DNA from: an uncultured delta proteobacterium
GTDB taxonomy: Bacteria; Desulfobacterota; Binatia; Binatales; Binataceae
Direction: 5' to 3'
Length of the DNA stretch: 64,000 nucleotides
Assembly (NCBI GenBank): GCA_963794325.1
Contig: CAWCDG010000005.1
Coordinates: 160,001 to 224,000 of the forward strand
In this document: positions 18,881 through 29,351 of the stretch, one piece after another
Layout of the letters: each line of letters begins with the position of its first letter
How positions within the stretch are numbered: position 1 is the stretch's first letter
Position numbers and translations under genes: made by a program
Notes under the pieces: generated by a model
What the model was told of the DNA's origin: nothing
Database searches by the model: none
What the model saw: the letters and a program-made list of their open reading frames with translations, nothing else

Positions 18881-20005
18881 GTGAAATTGGATACCAACGG
18901 AAATTTTGGAAGCGCCAGTCGTCGACGCCTGCGCATCGCGCAGATTGCTCCTCTATATGAGAGCGTGCCGCCCCGATTGTACGGCGGCACTGAGCGCGTG
19001 GTGTCGTATGTTACCGAGGAACTTGTGCGACGCGGCCACGAGGTAACGCTGTTCGCGGCGGGCGATTCGCAAACCCGCGCGAATCTCATGCCCGCTTGTC
19101 CGCAAGCACTGCGTCTTATGGGAAAGCCTGACCTCGGGTCATCGTTGCAGTTGGCGATGCTGGCGGAGGTCTTCGAATCTGCTCGCGACAATTTCGACAT
19201 CGTGCATTCGCACATCGACTATTGGTCATTTCCGTTCGCGACCCTGACCGGAGTGCCGACGGTTTCCACGATGCATGGACGCCTCGACATCCCCGACCTT
19301 CATCCTGTTTATCATCGATTTCCCGAGGCCGCGCTGGTGTCGATCAGCGATTCGCAGCGCGCGCCGTTGGCGAATATGAATTGGGCAGCGACCATATATC
19401 ACGGCATGCCGCGCGACATGCTTCGTTTCAATCAACGAGGCGGAAAGTATCTCGCGTTCATCGGACGCATATCGCCCGAGAAAGGCATCGAAACCGCGAT
19501 CGAGGTGGCGCTCAGGTCGGGAGTGCCGCTCAAGATTGCAGCCAAGGTCGACGCAGTCGATCGTGAATACTTCGCCGAAATAATCAAGCCTCGGATCAAG
19601 CCGCCGATGATCGAGTACATCGGCGAAATCGACGACCTGCAGAAGAGCGAGTTTCTCGGCAACGCACTTGCGTTGCTCTTCACGATAGATTGGCCCGAGC
19701 CCTTCGGCCTCGCGATGATCGAGGCACTCGCGTGCGGCACACCGGTCATTGCGCGGCCGTGCGGAGCGGTTCCCGAAGTGATCAGATCGGGCGTCACTGG
19801 ATTTCTCGCAAAGGAACCCGACGACTTGATCGCCGCCGTCGGCAAAATCGATTCGATTCCGCGCGAACGGTGCCGGCTCGAGTTCGAGGAACGCTTCACC
19901 TCGGAAGTGATGATCGCGAAGTACGAACGCGTTTATCATCGCTTGATCGGGCTGGACGCGGCCGAGCCGGAGTTCCAAACGCAGCACGCGGCTATTGGCC
20001 GATAG
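18881..20005 (+). CDS. Glycosyltransferase family 4
   Basis: RIAQIAPLYESVPPRLYGGTERV, GRISPEKG, EPFGLAMIEALACGTPV. Confidence 0.92.
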   Translation: MKLDTNGNFGSASRRRLRIAQIAPLYESVPPRLYGGTERVVSYVTEELVRRGHEVTLFAAGDSQTRANLMPACPQALRLMGKPDLGSSLQLAMLAEVFESARDNFDIVHSHIDYWSFPFATLTGVPTVSTMHGRLDIPDLHPVYHRFPEAALVSISDSQRAPLANMNWAATIYHGMPRDMLRFNQRGGKYLAFIGRISPEKGIETAIEVALRSGVPLKIAAKVDAVDREYFAEIIKPRIKPPMIEYIGEIDDLQKSEFLGNALALLFTIDWPEPFGLAMIEALACGTPVIARPCGAVPEVIRSGVTGFLAKEPDDLIAAVGKIDSIPRERCRLEFEERFTSEVMIAKYERVYHRLIGLDAAEPEFQTQHAAIGR

Positions 20006-20074
20006 ACGGCCGGTGATAGACTGCCTTTGATCGGAGCGCACGCTCTGGAATCGTCGCGCCTTCGACACCACACC

Positions 20075-22285
20075 ATGGCAGAACGCAGGGCAAGCGAGCC
20101 GGCGCAGACCGTCGTCAAAGTTGGATCCGACTATTACGTGCTGGCCTCGTCGCTCGCCTCGCGACGCGCGAGCGAGGTGCTCGCAAACGGGCGAAGTTTC
20201 GCGGTCTTCGAGACCGCCGGCGATATCATAGATTCGCCGCTCGAGGCTCTCGGATTTTTCAACAGCGACACGCGGCATCTGAGCCGCTTCGAGATGCTGA
20301 TTGCGGGCGCCGAGCCTTACTTTCTGAACTCCTATCTGAGCGACGATCGCGCGCAGTTCCGCGCCACGCTCACCAACGCTGATCTGGGAAAAAAGGGGCA
20401 GCCGGATTGGCTGCCACGCAATTCGATCAGGGTGAATCGCGGATGGGTGCTCGAGGGCGCCTCGCTGTACCATAGGCTGACGCTGCACAATTATCTTGGC
20501 GCAGCGGTGGAAATCGAGATCGATTTTTACTACGCCGTCGATTTCGCCGATGTCTTCGAAGTACGCGGCCTTCGCCGCAAGCGTCGCGGCGAAATGTTGA
20601 ATCCCTCGGTTGACGGCGCCGGAGTCGAGCTGCGCTATCGCGGTCTCGACAACAAGGTGCGTTCGACCGAGATTCGCTTTGATTCAACGCCCACCGAGAT
20701 AAACGAGCATCGCGCGGTATTCGCGCTACGTCTCGAACCGGGCGAAAACCGCGAGCTCGAATGTCGGGTCACAGCCTCGGGACAATCAGAACCAATTTCC
20801 GGCCGCACTTCGCATAGTGCCGCCAACTTCGTATCGGCGCTCGAAGCACGGCAATCCGAGCTGTCTGCGTTCGAGAGCGGACGGGCGCGAATATCGGCCA
20901 GCAACGGCGAGTTCGCGTCGATGATTCGCCGGTCTGCAGTCGATCTCACTTCGCTTGTCGCAGACTGCGACGAGCGCGGCGCGTTTATCATGGCCGGCGT
21001 TCCGTGGTTCGCCACGCTCTTCGGCCGCGACAGCATAATCACGGCGATGTCGGTCTTGCCGTTTCATCCTGAAATCGCGGCGCGAACGCTGCGGACGCTG
21101 GCGCGCCTGCAGGGCGATACCATCGACGAGGCGCGCGACGAACAGCCGGGCAAAATCGTGCACGAGATGCGCAGCGGCGAGATGGCCGCAACCGGCGAGA
21201 TACCGTTCGGCCGCTATTACGGCAGTGTCGATGCGACTCCGCTTTTTCTCTGGCTGTACGGACGATGCGTCGAATCGACCGGAGACCTCAATCTCGCAAA
21301 CGAGTTGTGGCCCAACGTCGAACGCGCAATCCAGTGGATCGAGCGATGGGGAGATCGCGACGGCAGCGGTTACGTCAAATACAAGCGCGAAACTCCGCGC
21401 GGTCTGGCCAACCAGGGCTGGAAGGATTCCGAGGACGCGATTTTTCACAGCGACGGCGAGCTTGCTCGTCCTCCAATCGCGCTCGCGGAAGTTCAGGGCT
21501 ACGTCTATGCGGCGTGTACCAGCGTAGCCTCGGTCGCGGCCCGTCTCGGGCATCTACAGGAAGCGAATCGGTTGACCATGCGCGCCGCGTCGCTGAAGCG
21601 ATCGTTCGAGCGCGACTTCTGGCTCGAGCCCGAGGGGATGATCGCGCTGGCGTTGGACGCCGACGGACGCCCATGCCGCGTGATGACCTCGAACGGCGCT
21701 CATTGCCTCGCGACCGGCATCATCGAAGGCGAGCATGCGGCCGCGATGTGCAAACGATTACTCGCCGACGATATGTACTCCGGCTGGGGCATCCGCACGC
21801 TCTCGCGCAACGAACGGCGCTACAATCCGATGAGCTATCACAACGGTTCGGTGTGGCCGCACGACAACGCGATGGCCGCACTCGGACTCGCTCGCGCGGG
21901 CGACTATGTTGGCGTCGTCAAAGTGGTCGAAGGTCTGTTCGATGCGTGCGATCAGCTGAAAAACTCCAGTTTGCCCGAACTGTTCTGCGGCTTCCGGCGC
22001 GAGGTGAGTCTCGGCCCGGTGCCGTATCCGGTCGCGTGCTATCCGCAAGCATGGTCGGCGGCGAGCGTATTCATGTTGCTACAAGCGATGCTCGGGATGC
22101 GCGTGTTAGGATTCGAGCGTCGCGTCGTCTTCGACACGCACCTGATTCCCTCGTGGCTGGATTGGCTCAGTATCGACGGACTGCGAGTCGGCGACGGCCG
22201 CGTCTCGTTCGTGCTGCGGCGGTCTCCCAACGGCGCCGCGATCGAAGTGAAGGAAAAATCCGGCGGCGTCCGCGTCGAAGTCTGA
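20075..22285 (+). CDS. Amylo-alpha-1,6-glucosidase / glycogen-debranching enzyme (GDE_N + GDE_C)
   Basis: AGVPWFATLFGRDS, EQPGKIVHE, NQGWKDS, YHNGSVWPHDN, LPELFCG, PQAW. Confidence 0.9.
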   Translation: MAERRASEPAQTVVKVGSDYYVLASSLASRRASEVLANGRSFAVFETAGDIIDSPLEALGFFNSDTRHLSRFEMLIAGAEPYFLNSYLSDDRAQFRATLTNADLGKKGQPDWLPRNSIRVNRGWVLEGASLYHRLTLHNYLGAAVEIEIDFYYAVDFADVFEVRGLRRKRRGEMLNPSVDGAGVELRYRGLDNKVRSTEIRFDSTPTEINEHRAVFALRLEPGENRELECRVTASGQSEPISGRTSHSAANFVSALEARQSELSAFESGRARISASNGEFASMIRRSAVDLTSLVADCDERGAFIMAGVPWFATLFGRDSIITAMSVLPFHPEIAARTLRTLARLQGDTIDEARDEQPGKIVHEMRSGEMAATGEIPFGRYYGSVDATPLFLWLYGRCVESTGDLNLANELWPNVERAIQWIERWGDRDGSGYVKYKRETPRGLANQGWKDSEDAIFHSDGELARPPIALAEVQGYVYAACTSVASVAARLGHLQEANRLTMRAASLKRSFERDFWLEPEGMIALALDADGRPCRVMTSNGAHCLATGIIEGEHAAAMCKRLLADDMYSGWGIRTLSRNERRYNPMSYHNGSVWPHDNAMAALGLARAGDYVGVVKVVEGLFDACDQLKNSSLPELFCGFRREVSLGPVPYPVACYPQAWSAASVFMLLQAMLGMRVLGFERRVVFDTHLIPSWLDWLSIDGLRVGDGRVSFVLRRSPNGAAIEVKEKSGGVRVEV

Positions 22286-22289
22286 TCTC

Positions 22290-23702
22290 CTAGCGCTCCT
22301 GCGTCGAATCTTTTGCTGATGGCGTCGGGGTTTCGCTGGGAGTCGGTTCTTTCGTCGGAGTCAGCGTATCGGTCGGCGTCGCCGACAGCGTCGGAGTTGT
22401 CGAGGGAGTGGGCGACAATGTTGGGGTGAGGCTCGGCGTGAGGGTCGCAGTTGCCGACGGTGTTGGCCGAATCCAGGTAATCGGCTCGCGTCCAAAGATG
22501 AGCGTAGCGCTTTGTCCGGCGCGTGCTTCGGTCATTTGACCGGTGGTCACGAATCGGTCCGCCTTGGGATCGAAAATTTCGGCGCTTGATAGCGGCTTAT
22601 AGTCCGGGTCCCATCCGCCGGCGATCAGCACGGTCCCGTCCGGCAACAGCGTGGCCGAATGTCCAGAACGAGCTTCGACCATCTCGGGTCCCACCACGAA
22701 CTGGTGCGATTCCGGGTCGTAAAACTCGGACGATTTGTCGCCGCGTCCGCCGGCAATCAGCACCCGTCCGTCGGGGAGAAGCGTCGCCGTATGTCCGGCG
22801 CGGCTCTGCGTCATCTTCGGGCCGGCGCTGACGGTTTGGCTCGATTGGTCGAAGATTTCGGTGGTGGTGTCGACCGCACCGCTCCTCGCGAAAGGACATC
22901 CACCCGCGATGAGAACGTGGCCATCCTCGAGCAGCGTCGCAGTGTGATACAGGCGATTGTCGCTGAGCTTGCCGGCGAACTGAAACTTCCCACTGGCGGG
23001 ATCGTAAACCTCGACTTTCTGGAATCCCCCGCCCGCGATCAGTACGCTGCCGTTGCGCAGCAGCGTCGCGGTCTGGCCGTGACGGCTCGACGCCATCGCG
23101 CCGGTTTCGGAAAAAGTATTCGATGCCGGATCGTAAAGCTCGGCCGCCGGTGAGTCGCCTCCGACAATTAAGACTTTGCCGTTATCCAAAGTCGTGAGAG
23201 TCGGCTCGTCGCGGGAATATTTCATGCTCGGCGCCACGACGAATTTGCCGTCGCCCGAATTGAAAATCTCGGCGGAATGCAAAATCCACGGCATTGCCGG
23301 TCCGGGAAATACGTTCAGCGGGACGAGCAGCGTATTGATGCCGCCCACGATTAGAACCTTGTCGATTGCGATCGCAGCCGCTGAGAACTGGTCGCGCCGC
23401 TCGTTCATCGGGGCGATCGGCATGAAGCGGTGTAGATCAGGATCGTAAATCTCGGCGGAACTGAGCACTCCCGGACTTTCTCCCATCGGCCGATCGACAT
23501 AACCGGTGCCGCCCGCAATCAGGACAATCGGTTTCAACGCGGCGGGTGTGATCGTCGATGTAGGCGATGCTTTGTGCGCGATGCCGGTGTCCTCGCCTTC
23601 GACAGCGAAGACCGTGACGGAAAAAATTCCGAGAGCGATCCCGCACAGAAGGATCGCGCGCATGCTCCGGGCAGCGACTGAAATTTCGACGCGTTGTCTC
23701 AT
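22290..23702 (-). CDS. Secreted kelch/galactose-oxidase beta-propeller with Pro/Thr tail
   Basis: Repeated GHTATLLxDGxVLIAGG..AEIYDP units, signal peptide, TP-rich C-terminus. Confidence 0.85.
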   Translation of the reverse strand: MRQRVEISVAARSMRAILLCGIALGIFSVTVFAVEGEDTGIAHKASPTSTITPAALKPIVLIAGGTGYVDRPMGESPGVLSSAEIYDPDLHRFMPIAPMNERRDQFSAAAIAIDKVLIVGGINTLLVPLNVFPGPAMPWILHSAEIFNSGDGKFVVAPSMKYSRDEPTLTTLDNGKVLIVGGDSPAAELYDPASNTFSETGAMASSRHGQTATLLRNGSVLIAGGGFQKVEVYDPASGKFQFAGKLSDNRLYHTATLLEDGHVLIAGGCPFARSGAVDTTTEIFDQSSQTVSAGPKMTQSRAGHTATLLPDGRVLIAGGRGDKSSEFYDPESHQFVVGPEMVEARSGHSATLLPDGTVLIAGGWDPDYKPLSSAEIFDPKADRFVTTGQMTEARAGQSATLIFGREPITWIRPTPSATATLTPSLTPTLSPTPSTTPTLSATPTDTLTPTKEPTPSETPTPSAKDSTQER

Positions 23703-25117
23703 CCCCTCACCTTGTCTGCGGCTTGGCGGGTGGTTTCGGTATCGGTTGGCCAGGGGTTATGTCGTACTTCGTTCCATTGATCTTCGAGCGCCGATTGCTC
23801 GAGCGTCAGGCCGCGGGTTTCATCGATGAAGAGCCCGAAGATCACGGCGCTTGGAATTCCTAGCAACGCGAGGTAGCGAATGACGCTCGCGAGTCCGCCG
23901 AGCGGCCCGATCAACGCGGCGATCAGAACCTGTGCGAGCATCGAGAATGCGGCCGCGGTTATTCCCTGTGCGCCGATCATTGTGGCGCGCAGTGCAGCGG
24001 GGAAAAGTTCGGTCGCCGCGGAATTCGCGCCGACAGTCATCACGTCGGACGCGACCTTGAACCAGCAATACACCGCGACCAGCCATATGAACGGCCAGCT
24101 CACGAATGTGGGCGGTCCGAGATAGAACGCGAAGGCGCCGAGCCATGCCGCGCCGCCCAGATAAACTACGGTCGGCACTCGACCGAACCGTTCCGACATC
24201 CACGCGCCCAGCGGAAATCCGATCATCCCGACTACCATGCCGGTGACTACCAGCGTGCTTGCGGCTACCGGCGAGAGGCCCAGAATCGAAACCGCTTGAT
24301 AGTAGAGCCAGCCGTTCACGGCCGTGCCGGCGATCGTGTCGAGCGCGGCGCAAGTCAGCAACGTGATGGAGCGGCGTCGATAGATCGGATGAAAAATATC
24401 GTAGAAGTGAGTGCGCATCGCGGTTCCGCTCGATTTTGCGCTCGTCCATTTCGATTGCGCCGGCAGCATCATCGCGACCGGCACTGCCAGAATTATCCCG
24501 GCTACCGACGGCGCCAGGAGCCAGCGCCACGAATAGTTCCACGCCAAAAGCGCGGGGATGATCAGGTAGCCGAGTACACCGCCGACAGCGCTGGCCAAGG
24601 CCGCGGCCGCTTGTCCGCGAGCGCGCTGTTTCACCGGAAGTTCTTCGGCGAGCAACACGATCGCCGACGAGACTGATCCGCCGAGCAGTGCGGAAACCAT
24701 TATCTCGCATGCGGCGAATGCGTTAGCCGTCGGCGACAGCGCTGCTCCGGCACAGAACAGCGGCGCGAGTATCAAGGCGCTGAGAATCACCAACCGGCGT
24801 CCGACTCGATCAGCGAGGCGTGCGAGCAGGAGCGAGCCGAACGCCGATATCGCCATCCACGCAAAAAGCCTCGCGAGCTTGCCCTCATCGAGCGCGAAAC
24901 TCTTCGCTATCCACGGCGACGCGATGCCGACGATCGACAGCGTGTAACCCTGGTACAGCAATAAAATAACGATAGCGGTGACGGTGGTACTGGACCTCGG
25001 ACTGCTGCTTTGTGACGGGCGCGCAGAGTGCGCGGAAGTCGCGCTCTTTGCCGTCCTTTTAATCTTTTGCCTAGCCACAAAGCACTCCGCAGCGAATTCA
25101 AGCGAAATCCGAGCCAA
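23699..25117 (-). CDS. MFS transporter
   Basis: About 12 TM segments, LADRVGRR and SERFGR loops, ELFP..R, ETRG; start uncertain. Confidence 0.85.
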   Translation of the reverse strand: MARISLEFAAECFVARQKIKRTAKSATSAHSARPSQSSSPRSSTTVTAIVILLLYQGYTLSIVGIASPWIAKSFALDEGKLARLFAWMAISAFGSLLLARLADRVGRRLVILSALILAPLFCAGAALSPTANAFAACEIMVSALLGGSVSSAIVLLAEELPVKQRARGQAAAALASAVGGVLGYLIIPALLAWNYSWRWLLAPSVAGIILAVPVAMMLPAQSKWTSAKSSGTAMRTHFYDIFHPIYRRRSITLLTCAALDTIAGTAVNGWLYYQAVSILGLSPVAASTLVVTGMVVGMIGFPLGAWMSERFGRVPTVVYLGGAAWLGAFAFYLGPPTFVSWPFIWLVAVYCWFKVASDVMTVGANSAATELFPAALRATMIGAQGITAAAFSMLAQVLIAALIGPLGGLASVIRYLALLGIPSAVIFGLFIDETRGLTLEQSALEDQWNEVRHNPWPTDTETTRQAADKVRG

Positions 25118-25262
25118 CGCCTCGCGCTAGCTTCGAAGCGGCAATCACTCACTTTTCGAAATGGGTTAATCGCTCGACGATTTGGAACGTCTAAAATTTC
25201 ACACGATCCGCCCGCGATAGAGATTTAGAAGCAAATTCCGTCGCGTAATCAGGCGTGGCGAC

Positions 25263-25278
25263 AGGCATACACGTTGCT
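25263..25278 (+). promoter_or_regulatory. Putative sigma-54 promoter
   Basis: AGGCATacacgTTGCT, GG-N10-GC, upstream of ABC exporter-glgE-treS-glgB. Confidence 0.65.
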
Positions 25279-25350
25279 TTTCCATCAAGGCGAAAGTTTT
25301 TCTCCTCGCCAGCGCACCCCTCCACGCCAGGTATTTGTTGAGGTATTTGT

Positions 25351-27246
25351 ATGAACCCGGACGAGGAAAAAATTTCCAAGTCGGTAATTTTTAGATTCGC
25401 CGGATGCCTCAGGCCGTATTTGCGTTTGGTGATTGGCGCGGCGCTGATGGGGATCGGTAAATTTACCCTACCTCTCGCGTTTCCACTCGCATTTAAATAC
25501 GTAATCGACGTTCTGCTTACTTCGCCGCCCAAGTTTGACGGCTTGATGCATCTCATCGACCGTTGGTGCGTTAGTCTTACTGCGCTAGCTGGTTATGTAG
25601 CGACACCTACCAATAAGTTAGCGGCGCTAAGTGTAGTAATGCTTGCACTCTACGCGCTTCAATCTGTCGCCAGTTTTTATCGTAACTATTGGGCTGGTCT
25701 TGCCGGCAACAAGTTGATTTTCGATCTTCAGCGTCGTTTGTTCTCGCATATGCAAAGTCTGCCGCATTCGTTCTTCGATCAGAATCCGAGCGGCGTCATC
25801 GTCTCGCGAGTTCTCAACGACGTTCAGCAGGCGAACGAACTGGTAGCATCAGCGCTCATCGACGTATGGATGGACGCAGTGTCGCTGACGCTGGTAATTG
25901 CCGCATTGCTGGCGCTCAACTGGCATCTCGCACTCGTGGCGCTTTGCATCTCGCCGCTATGGGTCGCCTTCATGCGGTTCTTCTCGCCGAGGATCAAATC
26001 CGTGAGCCATCGGATGCAGGAAGCCGTCGCCGAGATTTCCGGCGAAGTTCACGAACGCGTCGTCGGCGCGAGCACGATCAAATCTTTTTGCCGCGAGGAC
26101 CTCGAGGTCGAGCAATTCCGCGGTCAGACCGAGCGTCTGCTCGAGCGCACGATCGACAAGGTGAGACTCGCCGCGCGCCAGGAGATGCTGATTCAGCTGC
26201 TGACTCGCGCCGCACCGACCGTCGTCATCTGGGTGGGCGCGCTCATGATCATTCGCGGCACGATGACGCTCGGAACGATGGTCGCGTTTTTCTCGTACCT
26301 CGGATTTCTCTACCTGCCGCTTGAGCGATTCGCGCAACTGTCGGTCGTGGTTTCCGCTTCGATGGCTGCGATCGAGCGCATCTTTGCATTTCTCGATCTG
26401 AAACCCGAGATAACCGATCATGCGCTCAGTCGTCCATTCGCCGTGCGCAACGGCACCGTTCAGTTCGACGATGTGTCCTTTGCGTATGCCGCGCGCAACG
26501 GCAATTCCAACGGTCTCGTGCTCGACGGCCTGAACCTGCATGTTCCGGGCGGATGCCGGGTTGCGCTGGTCGGTCGTTCCGGAGCCGGCAAAACCACGAT
26601 GGCGAGTTTGATTCCGCGCTTCTATGAAGCGACCCGCGGGCGCGTCCTGATCGACGGCCGCGATGTACGCCACTACACCCTGAAGTCGCTGCGCGAGCAC
26701 GTCGCCATGGTCGCGCAGGACGCACTCCTGTTCAGCGCCAGCATCAGAGATAACCTGCGCTATGCGCGCCCCGAAGCGACCGACGCAATGTTGCTGCGAT
26801 CGCTCGAAATGGCCAGCCTGCGAGAGTTTGTCGACAGCTTGCCGGAGGGACTCGATACGATCATCGGCGAGCGCGGCTTCAAGATTTCGGGCGGACAGCG
26901 CCAGCGCCTTGCGATTGCGCGCGCGTTCCTGAAGGACTCGAAGATAGTCATCCTCGACGAAGCTACCTCGGCGGTTGACTCGGAATCGGAGAATCAGATT
27001 CACCGGGCAATGGAGCGCCTGATGAGCGGGCGCACCGTGTTTATGATTGCGCATCGCCTGCGCAGCGCGGTGACGGCCGACCTGATTGTCGTCATGGGCA
27101 ACGGCCGTATCGTCGAGACCGGCAAGCACGCGGACCTGATGCGCGGCGGCGGCGCGTACGCTCGGCTCTTCAACGAGCAGGCGCGGGGTCTGTCGCTCGA
27201 ACCGCAGCCGGGGGCCGGCTACCGCTCGCGAATAGCGTCGCTCTAG
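25351..27246 (+). CDS. ABC exporter, fused TMD-NBD (MsbA/Sav1866-like)
   Basis: N-terminal TM domain, GRSGAGKT, ISGGQRQR, ILDEATS, IAHRL. Confidence 0.92.
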   Translation: MNPDEEKISKSVIFRFAGCLRPYLRLVIGAALMGIGKFTLPLAFPLAFKYVIDVLLTSPPKFDGLMHLIDRWCVSLTALAGYVATPTNKLAALSVVMLALYALQSVASFYRNYWAGLAGNKLIFDLQRRLFSHMQSLPHSFFDQNPSGVIVSRVLNDVQQANELVASALIDVWMDAVSLTLVIAALLALNWHLALVALCISPLWVAFMRFFSPRIKSVSHRMQEAVAEISGEVHERVVGASTIKSFCREDLEVEQFRGQTERLLERTIDKVRLAARQEMLIQLLTRAAPTVVIWVGALMIIRGTMTLGTMVAFFSYLGFLYLPLERFAQLSVVVSASMAAIERIFAFLDLKPEITDHALSRPFAVRNGTVQFDDVSFAYAARNGNSNGLVLDGLNLHVPGGCRVALVGRSGAGKTTMASLIPRFYEATRGRVLIDGRDVRHYTLKSLREHVAMVAQDALLFSASIRDNLRYARPEATDAMLLRSLEMASLREFVDSLPEGLDTIIGERGFKISGGQRQRLAIARAFLKDSKIVILDEATSAVDSESENQIHRAMERLMSGRTVFMIAHRLRSAVTADLIVVMGNGRIVETGKHADLMRGGGAYARLFNEQARGLSLEPQPGAGYRSRIASL

Positions 27247-27353
27247 TCGGATTTCTCGACACCTGCCTGAAACGTGAGTACGTGGTAGGATTGGCCGGTG
27301 CGCTGATTTTCCAGGGACCTAATCACGAACTGAACTTTTCTTATTCGCCGGCG

Positions 27354-29342
27354 ATGCCTTCCTATCAAGCACCAACTGATTCCCGGCTCGCCTCGTCCGG
27401 GCGGCGGATGAGCCACATCATAATCGAAGACGTGACACCCTCGGTTGACGGCGGCCGTTATCCGGCCAAGCGGATCGCCGGTGAGCCATGCGTCGTCGAA
27501 GCGGACATCTTTCGCGACGGACATCAAGTGTTGCGTGCCGCGGTCAAATGGCGCCGCAAGAGCGACGAGGTTTTCGACGAGGCACCGATGGCGGCGCTCG
27601 ACAACGATCGATGGCGTGGCGAGTTCATCCCTACCGACAACGCGCGCTACGTTTTCACGATCGAAGCATGGACCGACCTGTTTGCCTCGTGGCTCGCGGA
27701 TTTCACCAAGAAAGTGAAAGCCGCGCGACCGGTCGCATCCGATATTCTGGAGGGGATCGCACTCGTTGAGAAAATGATCTCGAGTGCGCGTGGATCTGAT
27801 CGTGCTTCGCTCGAGCGAGTGCTCGCGCAATTGCGCAAGACGAACGACGGAGCGGTAGCGCTCGCGGCGATCAGCGATGCGGAGATTTCCACTGTCGCAG
27901 AACGCGTCGGCGAGCGCTCTGGTCTGACGAGATTCGAGCCGACGCTGGAGCTGGTCGTCGATCGCGAGAAGGCTCGCTACGGCACCTGGTACGAAATGTT
28001 CGTACGCTCGCAAGGGATCGAACCCGGGAAATCCGGCACCTTCCACGACGCCGAGCGCCGGCTGCCCGAACTGCGCGACCTCGGCTTCGATGTAATTTAC
28101 CTTCCCCCGATTCACCCAATCGGTCACACCAATCGCAAGGGTCCCGGCAATTCTCTCAACGGCGCGTCGAATTCTCCGGGCAGCCCGTGGGCGATTGGCA
28201 GCGAGGCTGGTGGACATACCGCGATCGATCCGTCGATTGGCACGCTCGGCGATTTCGATCGCTTCAACGCCGCCGCCAACCGCCTGGGAATGGAGGTTGC
28301 GCTCGATTTCGCGATACAGTGCTCGCCCGACCATCCATGGGTGCGTGAGCATCCGAATTGGTTTCAGCATCGGCCCGACGGCAGCATCAAGTACGCGGAG
28401 AATCCGCCGAAGGAATACGAGGATATCTATCCGATCGATTTCGACACTGCCGATCAGCGGGGCTTGTATGAAGCGCTGCTGGGGGTGCTGAGATTCTGGC
28501 GCGATCACGGGGTGAAGATCTTTCGCGTCGATAACCCGCATACCAAGCCGGTGCAATTCTGGAACTGGCTAATCAATGAAGTACAGACTGCCAATCCGGA
28601 AGTGATTTTTCTGGCGGAAGCGTTCACGCGTCCGAAGATGATGAAGGCGCTGGCCAAGGCGGGCTTTACTCAGTCCTATACCTACTTCACCTGGCGTAAT
28701 AGCAAGTTCGAACTGACTGACTATTTGACCGAGCTCACACAAACACCGATGAAGGAGTATTTTCGGCCTAACTTCTTCACCAATACTCCCGACATTCTCT
28801 CGCCGGTGCTGCAGACTGGCGGGCGGACTGCTTTCAAGATGAAGCTCGTGCTCGCCGCAACACTGTCACCCTCGTACGGTATCTACAGCGGATTCGAATT
28901 GTGCGAGAACCGGGCAGTGCCGGGCACCGAAGAATACCTGAACTCCGAGAAGTACGAAATCAAAGTGCGCGATTGGAACCAGCCCGGCAACATCAAGGAG
29001 TTCATCGGGCGCGTCAACGCGATTCGGCGCGAGAACCGCGCGCTGCAACAGTTTCTTAATCTCCAGTTTCTAACCACCGACAACGACCAGATCCTCTTTT
29101 ACGCGAAGACTACGCAAGACAAGCACAACGTCATCCTGATCGCCGTCAATCTGGATCCGCTGAACGCGCACTACTGCACCGCGTTCGTACCGCCGGAGGT
29201 GGTTGGAGTCGCGCCGGGACGCAGCTATCGAGTCACGGATCTACTGACCGGCGCGAAATATGTGTGGTCTGATCGTAACTACGTGCGGCTCGATCCCAAT
29301 GTCGAACCAGCGCACATTCTGCGCGTTGAAGAGCGCCTCTGA
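27354..29342 (+). CDS. glgE: Alpha-1,4-glucan:maltose-1-phosphate maltosyltransferase
   Basis: ADIFRDGH, WYEMFVRS, YAENPPKEYEDIYP, FRVDNPHTKP, AEAFTRP, SEKYE; start uncertain (27282-27408). Confidence 0.95.
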   Translation: MPSYQAPTDSRLASSGRRMSHIIIEDVTPSVDGGRYPAKRIAGEPCVVEADIFRDGHQVLRAAVKWRRKSDEVFDEAPMAALDNDRWRGEFIPTDNARYVFTIEAWTDLFASWLADFTKKVKAARPVASDILEGIALVEKMISSARGSDRASLERVLAQLRKTNDGAVALAAISDAEISTVAERVGERSGLTRFEPTLELVVDREKARYGTWYEMFVRSQGIEPGKSGTFHDAERRLPELRDLGFDVIYLPPIHPIGHTNRKGPGNSLNGASNSPGSPWAIGSEAGGHTAIDPSIGTLGDFDRFNAAANRLGMEVALDFAIQCSPDHPWVREHPNWFQHRPDGSIKYAENPPKEYEDIYPIDFDTADQRGLYEALLGVLRFWRDHGVKIFRVDNPHTKPVQFWNWLINEVQTANPEVIFLAEAFTRPKMMKALAKAGFTQSYTYFTWRNSKFELTDYLTELTQTPMKEYFRPNFFTNTPDILSPVLQTGGRTAFKMKLVLAATLSPSYGIYSGFELCENRAVPGTEEYLNSEKYEIKVRDWNQPGNIKEFIGRVNAIRRENRALQQFLNLQFLTTDNDQILFYAKTTQDKHNVILIAVNLDPLNAHYCTAFVPPEVVGVAPGRSYRVTDLLTGAKYVWSDRNYVRLDPNVEPAHILRVEERL

Positions 29343-29351
29343 GTTCCGATC

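Noticed and set aside
22320-23460. Periodic DNA similarity in this stretch
   Set aside because: Explained by kelch protein repeats and the Thr/Pro tail.
13376-28556. Long antisense ORFs (13376-14554, 19226-20488, 25957-27129, 27243-28556 and similar)
   Set aside because: Shadow frames of well-supported genes in GC-rich DNA, with no recognisable motifs.
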